From assembly GCA_963752475.1 (NCBI GenBank), contig CAVVYR010000007.1, positions 576,001-640,000 of the forward strand: a stretch of 64,000 nucleotides of DNA. The letters are read 5' to 3'. The stretch is from an uncultured Chloroflexia bacterium (GTDB taxonomy: Bacteria > Chloroflexota > Limnocylindria > Limnocylindrales > CSP1-4). The stretch's first letter is position 1. The number at the start of each line of letters is the position of its first letter. The notes under the pieces are model-generated. The model saw nothing but the letters and a program-made list of their open reading frames with translations, was not told where the DNA came from and did not search any database. A program made the position numbers and the translations under genes. Positions 27,875 to 38,402 of this stretch are shown here, piece by piece.

Positions 27875-28282
27875 CTACTCGACGGGTGCGCCGGCGCGGG
27901 CGAGGTCGGCGAGGCCACCGGCGTCGGCGATCTCCTCGATGTCGATGTCTTCCATCTGGGATGCGGCCTGGGCACTGCGGTTGCCGGATCGGCAGTAGAG
28001 GAGATACGGCTGCTCGGGATCGAGGTCCGCGATGCGCTCGGCGAAGTCAGCGCCGTTCACGTCGATGTTGAGCGCGCCTACGATGTGTGCCTCGTCGTAT
28101 TCGGCAGGCGTGCGCACGTCGATGATCATGTGCTCGCCGGCCTCGATGAGGTCGACGGCTTCGTCGGCACTTACGGTGTATGCGCCCGGCACCTCCGAGG
28201 AAGCGTCGCCCGAGTCGCAGGCAGTGATGGCGAAGACGGCGACGAGCGCGAGAACGGCGAGGATGAGCAAACGGCGTGACAT
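27875..28282 (-). CDS. Rhodanese-domain lipoprotein
   Basis: Signal peptide with ITAC lipobox; IIDVRTPAEY, HIVGA, YCRSGNRS. Confidence 0.85.
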   Translation of the reverse strand: MSRRLLILAVLALVAVFAITACDSGDASSEVPGAYTVSADEAVDLIEAGEHMIIDVRTPAEYDEAHIVGALNIDVNGADFAERIADLDPEQPYLLYCRSGNRSAQAASQMEDIDIEEIADAGGLADLARAGAPVE

Positions 28283-28527
28283 GTGAGTCCCCAAGGGTGG
28301 TCGGATTCGTTTCGTGGCTCCTATCATTCCACTAGTTGCGCAATCACGCAAATAGTGGTCGGACGCGCCCGTGCGGTGGCGATTCGGTGTGCTGGTGCGC
28401 TAGCGGTTCGGAGTGGCAGCACTCGGGATCGGGTCGCCTTCCCGGGTCGTGCGTTGGGTTCGCAGAGTCTGTCGGGGCTGGTTGGGACGAGGTTGCCCAA
28501 GGGCGAGAGACCTGCACAGCCGTGCCA

Positions 28528-30014
28528 CTACGAGCCGAGTCGGTCGAGCGCGCTGGGCAGTTGGAGGCGAACGTTGTTCGCTCTCTGCCGCCGTGGAGTC
28601 CATGAATGCGTGGGTTCTCGTGAGGTCGCGGTCGGCCGTTGCCCGAGAGGTGAAGTCGACCTGAGCCGTGTACCGATGGGCGAAGTCGAGTACCGCAACG
28701 AGCGCGTGGAAGTTGCCGCTGTTCGTCGCGTTCTTGAGCGCACTCAGGTACTCCCCACGGAACACCGTGGGGATGATGATCGGTATCTGCTGAGCCGCGA
28801 CCAGCTCTGCGTTCATCATCACACGCGCCACCCGGCCGTTCCCATCGAGGAAGGGGTGGACCTCAGAGACGAGGAACATCATGTACGCGGCACGCGCGAA
28901 CGCGTCTGCCAGCCCGCTCGCGAGCTCGTACCCGGCGCGTAGCGTGCCCTCGACAAGCTCCGGCGCTACGAACAGGGTCGCTCCGGCCCGATTGGCGACC
29001 GTCTTGAAGCGGCCCGGTGCCTTGTCGGGCCTGAAGCTTCATGATGCTTCGGTGTCTTGCGGTCAGGAGGTCGAGCAGCTCGTCAGCCGATCGTGGGACT
29101 TGTCGCATCTCATCGCGATCGGAGACGAGACGGTACGTGCCGAGGACGTCATGGGCGTCTTCTGGTCGGCCCTCGGGCATCTCCTCGTCGAACACGATCC
29201 GCGCTGCCTCATCGACCGTGAACTCGGTTCCCTCGATGTAGTTGGAGAAGTACGCCTCGTAGAACGGCAGGAACCGCCGCCGCTCGCGCAGGCCTTCATC
29301 ATCGGCGAGCGGCGCCGGTGCGTGTTCACTGAGCTGGGTCACACAGGCCTCGAAGAGCTCCACCCTCCGCGCGTCGTAGGCCTCGCCTCGTGCGCTGGCC
29401 TGCAGCGCGTCAGACATCTCAGGCGCCGCGGGTCCACTTGATAGTGCTGCACTGATGATGGCAGATAGCCGCTCGAACGCACGTGGACGTTCCAACAACC
29501 CTGACAGATCGCGCCCTTCATCTCGAATCCGATTGAGGCGCTCCTCGCCGTGCTGGGTGACGATGTCGACAACCCAGCGCTCGACCTCAGAGGTGGTGAG
29601 CCGACGCGAATCATCTCGCGAGAGGTTGTCGAGCATCCCGCGTGCTGGTGACGACAGATAGAATTCGTCGAGCTCGGCGTCGCCAGGCAGCGGCCCCGGT
29701 CCGCGACGCGGAAGGATGGACAGCCCGGGCAGCACATACGGCGTGCGGCGGGCATGATCGACATAGAGTCGCCCGCTGGCGTCGGGACATCCACTGCGGG
29801 CGGAAGCGTCGACGACGACTGCTCCAGGTAGCGCGTGGCCAAGGATGGCCATCCAGTTGCGGCGCACCACGATGTCGTCAGCGTCCGACGATGGGGTGTA
29901 TATGCCGTGGCCGATCCGGCGCAGACGTCCATCGTTGGCAGCGGCAGTCAGCGTCGCGTTGCGCCAGTCCGAGGCGAAGACGATGTCGGGCCAGCCATCG
30001 ATCGTGCGGGGCAC
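28528..30014 (-). pseudogene. Fic-domain protein (class II, AbiEi-like N-terminus), split by frameshifts
   Basis: SNYIEG inhibitory motif in ORF 28863-30014; HPFLDGNGRVAR in ORF 28400-28882; frames join near 29033 (RPDKAPGRFK) and probably near 28580 (NNVRLQLP). Confidence 0.75.
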
Positions 30015-30028
30015 CGGGACACTCCTGA

Positions 30029-30132
30029 GAGCAAGGTTTCACAGTAAATCATACGCTTAGAGTTCTTATAGCGCAAGGTATCGCGTATGAACATACGCTA
30101 TAGGACACACATACGACTTCTTGCGTAAGGTT
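30029..30132. promoter_or_regulatory. AT-enriched repeat/palindrome array upstream of the Fic gene
   Basis: GCAAGGT at 30031 and 30073 and CATACGCT at 30050 and 30092 (both 42 bp apart); perfect inverted repeat GCGTATG-aa-CATACGC at 30083-30098. Confidence 0.5.
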
Positions 30133-30357
30133 GCGCGCCACAACTATCGTGTCGAGTGTCGCGACCTCATCCGTGGCGCGGGCTAGGTGAGCGACGCAGA
30201 CACGGGCGCGCGGCGCGGCGCGGGTTTCGGCATCTCGGTGATGATCGGGACGCCGACGATGAAGGCGCCGCCGCCGTTGCTGCTGTTGCCGAGTCGCCCA
30301 AGCGCAACGTGGCGAGAACGAGCGCCACAGGCACGGGCGCCTGGATCACGCGCAAGG

Positions 30358-30459
30358 TCATGACATAGACACGGGCACCGTGAAGGGCATTGCGCCGACG
30401 ATGACCACGAGCGTTGCCAAGAGGATGATGAGGAGCGCGACGAGCACGAAGGACTTCAC
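30358..30459 (-). CDS. Small hydrophobic protein, 33 aa
   Basis: AAGGAG SD then GTG; MKSFVLVALLIILLATLVVIVGAMPFTVPVSMS. Confidence 0.4.
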   Translation of the reverse strand: MKSFVLVALLIILLATLVVIVGAMPFTVPVSMS

Positions 30460-30593
30460 AGGCTCCTTCATGCCTGCCGCTTCTGCAGTGTTACATAACT
30501 TACATTATCGGAAGTGATATCACGCCGCTGGAGCGTCGGTCCTGGTGTCTGCCCTGCTGCGCGCAGCGCGATCGACCCCAGTATCGTCGGTGC

Positions 30594-31496
30594 ATGACAC
30601 CTCGTCGCACGCTGGTCGTTGCGGGTGCATTCGGCATCGACACCAACGTCTACCCCGTCGGGGACCGTGTGGGCGTGGAGATGACGTTCGCGCATACGGC
30701 GGACGGCCTCGGGGGCGCCGGCTGCTACAGCGCCCTGGCTGCGGCCGCCTTGGGTGTCTCCACGAGGGCGATCGCGGCCGTCGGTGACGATCGGTTCGGT
30801 TCCTGGATCTGCGATGAGCTGTCGGAAGCAGGGATCGCGGTCACCGCGCTACACGAGCCGAGCGGTACACACCGTAGCGTGAACATCGTCTCGGCCGACG
30901 GTTCTCGGCGCAACTTCTTCGATCCACGGGGCCCCGACGGGACCGCCGTCGACCTCGAGGCGTGTCGGGATGCTCTGGAGGGCGCCGATGCGGTGCATGT
31001 TCACCTCGATGACTGGTGTCGGCGCATCCTGCCCGTCGCTCGTGACGTCGGAGCGGTCATCTCGTGCGACTTGCAGGATGTGGCCGAGCTCGAGGATCCG
31101 TACCGGGCGGACTTCGTGGCCGCCGCTGATGTGCTGTTCATGTCCGCGGCGAACCTCGACGACCCGGCGGGGGCAGCGCTCGAGCTCGCAGCGCGTCGTG
31201 AGGGCCGGGTCGTGGTCGTCGGTGCCGGAGTGGATGGTTGCCTGGTCGCCAAGGATCGGAACGTCGAGCGCTACGCGTCGGTCGATCTGCCCGAGGCGCC
31301 GATCGTCGACACCAACGGCGCCGGGGACAACCTCGCGGTCGGCTTCCTCGCGGCGCACGTGCTCGAAGGGTTGCCGATAGAGCAAGCCGCCTCGCTGGCG
31401 CAGCTGGGCGCGCGCTGGATCTGCTCCCAGCCGGGTGATCGCAAGCAGCCGGCTACACGAGAGCTACTCGCGAGGCTCGCGAGGTCGGCGCGCTAG
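30594..31496 (+). CDS. PfkB-family carbohydrate kinase
   Basis: GGAG, VGDDRFG, VDTNGAGD anion-hole motif. Confidence 0.88.
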   Translation: MTPRRTLVVAGAFGIDTNVYPVGDRVGVEMTFAHTADGLGGAGCYSALAAAALGVSTRAIAAVGDDRFGSWICDELSEAGIAVTALHEPSGTHRSVNIVSADGSRRNFFDPRGPDGTAVDLEACRDALEGADAVHVHLDDWCRRILPVARDVGAVISCDLQDVAELEDPYRADFVAAADVLFMSAANLDDPAGAALELAARREGRVVVVGAGVDGCLVAKDRNVERYASVDLPEAPIVDTNGAGDNLAVGFLAAHVLEGLPIEQAASLAQLGARWICSQPGDRKQPATRELLARLARSAR

Positions 31497-32290
31497 TCGG
31501 CCGCTGCCAGCACCTCGATCTCGATGGCGCCGGTGTTGCCGCCCGTCGAGGTCTCGACATCGAAGCGCAGCACCTGGGCCACGATGCCGACATCGGCGAG
31601 CCCGCTGAACGGTTCGTCGGCCATGAACGAGCCGTACTCGACGCCGTCCGCGACCACGCTGTAGCTTGCGGTCGTGGCCGAGCCATCGCTCATCGAGCGC
31701 GTCCGGAAGGTCACGTCGCCGATCGGGTGTGGCGTGCCAAGGTCGACCTCGATCCAGGCCTCGTCACCGTCGCCCTTCGACGACCACTCGGTCGTGGGAT
31801 CGCCATCGAACGCGTTCTCCGCGGCGAAGGCATCCGACCACTCGGAGCTCACGCCGGTGACCGTGGCGCCGAGAGCGAGGTTGTCCGGGCCCACGGGCGC
31901 ATCGGGCGTAGCGAAGGACATGACCTCACTGACGAAGATCGTCCCGTCGGTCGCTGTGCCCTGCAGGCGGTAGAGGTACGTCGTCGCCGGTTCGAGGCCG
32001 CCCAGAACGGGGCTGTGGTCGGCGTGGGCGCCACCGTCCATGTCGCTATCGACGGCGATGAGACCGAACGATCCGTCGGTGCCGTATACGACCGAGCAGG
32101 CGGCATCGACAGTCGTCTCGACCTCGAGGATGACGGCGCGACCGCTCGGGTCCGGCGTGATGACGACCTCGGAGGCGATGATCTCCTCGAAGTCCCGAAC
32201 GTCGGTAGCACTGGTGTAGGCCATGACCCCAAGGGTGAGCATGACCGCGATGGCGATCGCGCCACTGGCGCGACAAGCGGCTCTCCACAT
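31493..32290 (-). CDS. Exported protein with an FN3-like and a discoidin/F5-8 type C domain
   Basis: N-terminal hydrophobic segment; LEPATTYLYRL (FN3-like); NAFDGDPTTEWSS...WIEVDLG (discoidin). Confidence 0.7.
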   Translation of the reverse strand: MWRAACRASGAIAIAVMLTLGVMAYTSATDVRDFEEIIASEVVITPDPSGRAVILEVETTVDAACSVVYGTDGSFGLIAVDSDMDGGAHADHSPVLGGLEPATTYLYRLQGTATDGTIFVSEVMSFATPDAPVGPDNLALGATVTGVSSEWSDAFAAENAFDGDPTTEWSSKGDGDEAWIEVDLGTPHPIGDVTFRTRSMSDGSATTASYSVVADGVEYGSFMADEPFSGLADVGIVAQVLRFDVETSTGGNTGAIEIEVLAAAD

Positions 32291-32393
32291 GCAGGCAGCC
32301 TACAACGGCAGAGAAGAAGACCGGCTCACGCGACCCCGCGAGGGGAGTCCCCTGCCCCACTGTCCGTACGCAAAGACGGTCGGTCCGGGCTCA

Positions 32394-32680
32394 TCAGCGC
32401 TCAAGCTTCCGACGGATCCAAGCCTCGTAGCCCGGGAAGTAGCGCTCGATGACCGGCAGGTCGAACTGGCGCAGGATCGACTCCCGTGGCTCGCGCTCGA
32501 GGAGGAAGTCGAAGGAGGTCTCGACGAGCTCGTGTGGATCGTAGTAGCCGGGCGCCAGGCGGGCGAGGTCTTCGTGGCTGACGTTCACCGCGTGCCGCGT
32601 CGCGGCTCGGTCGGTACCGACCGCCACGTCGCAGATGAAGCCCTCGGCGGTGCCGCGGCAGACGACGTTGACGGGCTGGC

Positions 32681-32684
<4 letters not shown>
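32394..32684 (-). CDS. Small hypothetical protein coupled to hflX
   Basis: ATGA overlap with the hflX stop; GGAGG SD; globular composition (SFDFLLEREPRESILRQFDL). Confidence 0.7.
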
Positions 32685-33990
<1,306 letters not shown>

Positions 33991-33994
<4 letters not shown>

Positions 33995-34938
33995 TCGGCC
34001 CCAGCATAGTCGTCGCGGCCGATGTGCTCGAGCCAGGGGGCCAGCGTCCCCCGCGCCGCCGCCGCCGTTCCCTCGCCCGGCTCGAGCCAGGTGATGTCGG
34101 GCTCCGACCGGAACCAGGTGCGCTGGCGCCGGACATAGGCCCACGTGCGAGACGCATCGGTCGCCTTGGCGGTCTCGACATCGGAACGCCCCGCGAGCAC
34201 ATCGAAGGCCTCGCGGTAGCCCATCGCGCTGAAGGCGCTGAGGTCCTCCCGATAGCGTGCGCGGAGGCCGGCGGCTTCCTCGAGCAGGCCGCGCTCGAAG
34301 TGCTCATCGATGCGGGTCGCGATGCGTCGGCGGTGCTCGACATCGTCGAGTCGCAGGCCGAGCCACGTCACCGGCGCCGGGTAGCCTTCGGGTGCGGGTG
34401 GCACGGCGGAGCCGGTGAGCGTGGCGCGCTCCAGCGCGCGGATGACGCGACGGGGGTTTCGCAGGTCGATGACCTCGGCGCCCTCAGGATCGATGGAGCG
34501 CAGCTCGGAGACCAGGTGCTCCAGTCCATCGCTCTCGCTCCGTTCGTCGAGCGTCCGTCGCAGTCCAGGATCGCTGTCGCCTGCCCCGAGCGGGAGGCCA
34601 CGCGCGATCGTGCGCAGGTAGAGCCCGGTACCCCCGACGAGCAGACCGATGCCGCCACGCTCGGCGATGCCGTGGAGGGCGTCGAGGGCCGCGACCCGGT
34701 AGTCGGCGGCGGTGAAGCCTTCGTCGGGGTCCACGAGGTCAAGGCCGTGGTGCACGGCTGCCGCCTGTTCCGGGGCGGTGGGCTTGGCCGTGGCGATGTC
34801 CATGCCACGGTAGACCTGTCGCGAGTCGGCCGAGACGATCTCCGCTCCGGAAAGGCCCTGGGCAAGCTCGATGCCCAGCGCCGTCTTGCCCGTGGCGGTG
34901 GCACCCGCGATGACGATCAGGGGCGGCAGCTCAGGCGT
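33991..34938 (-). CDS. miaA: tRNA dimethylallyltransferase (start uncertain)
   Basis: GATATGKT, SADSRQVY, VGGTGLY, NPRRVIRALE, RRQRTWF. Confidence 0.93.
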
Positions 34939-36541
34939 GGTCGGCCCCTTCGATACGCCGACCCGAGAGGGCGTAGGCGCCGGCGCGCACGATCTCCACA
35001 TCGACCAGCGTCCCGACCAGCGAGTCGTCGCCGTCGAAGTGGACCAGCTTGTGCTCACGGTTGCGCCCGACGAGGCGCGGTCCCTGGGTCTGGGAGCCTT
35101 CGTGGTCGTGCCTGCGCGGCTGTCGGGCCTCATCCACGAGCACCTCGGTGTACCGGCCGACCCAGGCCTCGTTGAGCTCGCGCCCGATCGCCTCCTGGAC
35201 GTCCAGCAGCTCGTTCAGGCGACGCTTCTTCTCGTCGGTAGGCACGTCGTCGGGCAGGTGCGTGGCGGGAGTGCCCGGTCGCTCGGAGTAGGCCGCCGCG
35301 AAGACCTGATCGAAGCGCACGGTACGCAGCAGCTCGAGCGTGGACTCGAACTGGTCTTGCGTCTCGCCGCAGAAGCCGGTGATGATGTCGGTCGTGAGCG
35401 CGATGCCGGGGATGGCCGCGCGCAGCTTCCCGACGAGCTCGAGATAGGCCTCCACGGTGTACTGGCGACCCATCCGCCGCAGCACCTCGTCATCGCCCGA
35501 CTGCACCGGCAGGTGCAGGTGCTCGCAGACCGGATCGCACTCGGCCATGGCCTCGATGAGTCGCTCGGTCAGATCCCAGGGATGCGAGGTCACGAAGCGC
35601 ACGCGTGGGATGCCCGGGCGACCGTCGGGGTGACGGATGCCATCGATCGCGCGCAACACGGCGGCGATGTCCGGCCGGCCCGCGCGATCCTGGGCCCGCC
35701 CCAGCGTACGCTGGCTCTCGAGCGCGGCGAAACGCTCATCGGGCGGCAGGTCGTGGCCGTAGGAGTTGACGTTCTGGCCCAGGAGCGTGAGCTCGTGGTA
35801 GCCGGCCTCGGCCAGGGTCCGCACCTCGTCCACGATGTCGTCGAACGGGCGGCTGCGCTCGGGGCCGCGGGCGAAGGGCACGATGCAGTACGTGCAGCTC
35901 TTGTCACAGCCGTAGACGATGGGCACCCAGGCCTTGGCGCCGCGGCCGCGTGCGATGGCCCCCTCCTCCACCGCCGAGGCGCGCGTGTCGGGCAGGCGGT
36001 CGGCCGTGGCCGCGACGGAACGACCGACGCGTTCGAAGCCGGCCGCGCCGAGGGCGTCGGGCGTGGTGGGGCCGCCGAGGCCGAGCCGTGCGGTCAGCTC
36101 CGGTTCCTCGTCGGGCCGCAGGAAGAGATCGACGGCGGGATAGCGTCGCGGCAGGGTCTCGACGTTGTCCGCGCGGACCGAGCAGCCGGTGAGCACGACG
36201 CGGAGGGCGGGATTGGCCCTCTTCAGGTCGTTGATCGAGCCCATGCGCCCGATGACCTTGTTCTCTGCGGCCTCCCGGATGGAGCAGGTGTTGATGACGA
36301 TGAGCTCGGCCTCCTCGAGGCGGGAAGCCTCCTCACAGCCGGCCGCCAGCAGCGCTCCGGCCATCTCCTCCGAGTCGGACTGGTTCATCTGGCAGCCGAG
36401 TGTCCAGACGTGGAAGCGGGGCAGGACGGCGGCCTCGGTGCGGTACTCCTCGACTGAGGCATGGGGTCGCGACGGAGCACGGGGCTCCGCGGTCCGGGGC
36501 GGCGGGGTCTCGAGCATCGGCAGCTCGGCACGGGGTGACAT
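34931..36541 (-). CDS. miaB: tRNA methylthiotransferase
   Basis: TLGCQMN, NTCSIRE, GCDKSCTYC radical-SAM motif, LLGQNVNSYG, TRAM-like C-terminus. Confidence 0.94.
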   Translation of the reverse strand: MSPRAELPMLETPPPRTAEPRAPSRPHASVEEYRTEAAVLPRFHVWTLGCQMNQSDSEEMAGALLAAGCEEASRLEEAELIVINTCSIREAAENKVIGRMGSINDLKRANPALRVVLTGCSVRADNVETLPRRYPAVDLFLRPDEEPELTARLGLGGPTTPDALGAAGFERVGRSVAATADRLPDTRASAVEEGAIARGRGAKAWVPIVYGCDKSCTYCIVPFARGPERSRPFDDIVDEVRTLAEAGYHELTLLGQNVNSYGHDLPPDERFAALESQRTLGRAQDRAGRPDIAAVLRAIDGIRHPDGRPGIPRVRFVTSHPWDLTERLIEAMAECDPVCEHLHLPVQSGDDEVLRRMGRQYTVEAYLELVGKLRAAIPGIALTTDIITGFCGETQDQFESTLELLRTVRFDQVFAAAYSERPGTPATHLPDDVPTDEKKRRLNELLDVQEAIGRELNEAWVGRYTEVLVDEARQPRRHDHEGSQTQGPRLVGRNREHKLVHFDGDDSLVGTLVDVEIVRAGAYALSGRRIEGADHA

Positions 36542-36603
36542 CGTCAGTGCATGGTAGCCGCGGGTCGATTCGCATGACGAGGGCGGGTCGGTCGCGCCGC
36601 TCG

Positions 36604-37495
36604 CTAGGCTGAGCCCAGCGCCTCGAGCAGCCGCTCGCCCACGCTTGGCGGAACCAGGACGCTGGCCTGCGCCTCGGCATACGAGCCGGTGTCGCCGTGG
36701 TAGTCGGAGCCTCCGGTCCGCAGGAGGCCGCGAGCGTCGGCGAAGCCTGCCATGCGCTCGATCCGATCGTCATCCCAGTGGTGGTAGTGGACCTCGAGTG
36801 CACCCAGGCCCCAGCCCATCAGCTCGTCGATGACCTGCGGCTCGTCCGGAGCCCATGAGGCGTGTGCGAGCGAGGCGATACCGCCGGCCTCGGTGATGGC
36901 CTCGATGGCCGCGCGTGGACCGATGCCCTGCCGACGGACGTAGGCCGGCGTGCCGGGAACGAGGTAGCGGGCGAAGGCGTCCTGCACGTCGTCGGCATGA
37001 CCGGCTGAGACGAGCGCCCGTGCCACGTGGGGCCGGCCGAGTGCATCGATCCCACCCTCGACCTGTGGCAGGTGGTCGTCCACGGGCAGTCCCAGCTCGC
37101 CCAGTCGCTCGAGCGTGAGGGCGAGCCGCCGCTCGCGGGCGCCTCGCTGCTGCTCGAGCGTCGCTGCCAGCGCAGCGTCCTCAGGATCCATGCCGAACCC
37201 CAGGATGTGCAGCTCGCCGAGCCGCTCCTCGGTGCCGCCGACCGCCTCGATCTCGTCATCGACCATGGTGTTGATCTCGACGCCCACGATGAGCTGTGGG
37301 CCGGTGGTGCCGGGCATGCCGCAGCCGGCCGTGAGCATCTCGCGCACGCCGGCGAGCGTGTCGTGGTCGGTGATGGCGACGAGGGTCGATCCCCAGGCCC
37401 GCATCTGCTCGTAGAGCTCTGAGCGGTTCGAGGACCCCATCGGAGCGCGCGGTGTGGGTGTGCAGGTCGACGGTGTTGCGCCGAAGCGTGGTCAC
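36604..37495 (-). pseudogene. PHP-domain phosphoesterase (YciV/TrpH-like), 1-nt frameshift near 37424
   Basis: DLHTHTARSDG in one frame; AITDHDT, HILG, GRPHVA, AHA, GGSDYHG in the next; extra base in GAA CCG c TCA GAG. Confidence 0.75.
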
Positions 37496-38356
37496 ACCTC
37501 GATGATGCGGCTGATGCGCTCGATGCTGTGGGCCGCGCCCGTGGCCGGGTCGATGTCGATGAGCACGGCGTTGAAGAAGACCGGGCCCGAGCCCACCGCG
37601 AAGCGCGTGGGCAGCCCGTTCATGAAGCGCGGCAGGACGGTCTCGGGCTCGAAGCCGATGACGCTGTCGAGCGGCCCGGTCATGCCCAGGTCGCTGACGT
37701 AGGCGGTACCGCGCGAGAGCACGCGGTGGTCGGCCGTGGGCACGTGCGTGTGCGTGCCCACGACAGCGCTGACGCGGCCGTCGAGGTGCAGCCCGAAGGC
37801 CGTCTTCTCGCTGGTCAGCTCGCAGTGGAAGTCGACGAGTCGCACCGGCGGCAGCGAATCGGCACCACCGTCGAGCAGCTCATCCATCTCCGTGAACGGG
37901 TTCTCGATGGGGATCATCGTGCTCCGGCCCTGGGCGTTGATCGACCGCCACCTCCGTGCCATCGGCGGCATGGTAGGTGCCCCAGCCGTGGCCGGGCACG
38001 GCCCCGTAGTTCAACGGCCGCAGGATGCGGGGCTCGCCGTCGAGCTGCGGGATGAGCTCGCGCTTGTCCCAGATGTGGTTGCCGCTGGTGATGACGTCCG
38101 CGCCGGCGTCGAAGATCGCCTCCGCGGTCGACATCGTGAGACCCATCCCGCCGGCCACGTTCTCGCCGTTGACGGTGACGAAGTCGATGCCTCGCTCCTG
38201 GCGCACACCATGTAGCTCGCGTTCGAGCGTCTGGCGCCCGGGCTTGCCGATGGCGTCGCCGATCATGAGCACCCGCAGGACGCCGGGCTCGGGCAGCAGG
38301 GGCATCTCGGGCAGCTGGTCGGCCGCGAGCGTCCGGCCCTTGGCACGACGTGTCAT
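37492..38356 (-). pseudogene. ymdB: YmdB-family metallophosphoesterase, 1-nt frameshift near 37942
   Basis: IGDAIGKPG, NGENVAGG, TSGNHIWD, then DFHCE, GTHTHV, DLGMTG in the shifted frame; extra base in GTC g ATC AAC. Confidence 0.8.
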
Positions 38357-38402
38357 CGGTGTTGCTCCCTTGCCCCGAGCACGCCGCATGCTCGCGGCGG
38401 GA

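Noticed and set aside
28300-30590. Accessory patch as a defined mobile element
   Set aside because: No transposase, integrase, terminal repeats, tRNA target or target-site duplication was found.
37415-37950. Programmed frameshifting in ymdB or the PHP gene
   Set aside because: No slippery heptamer or homopolymer at either site; error or mutation is simpler.
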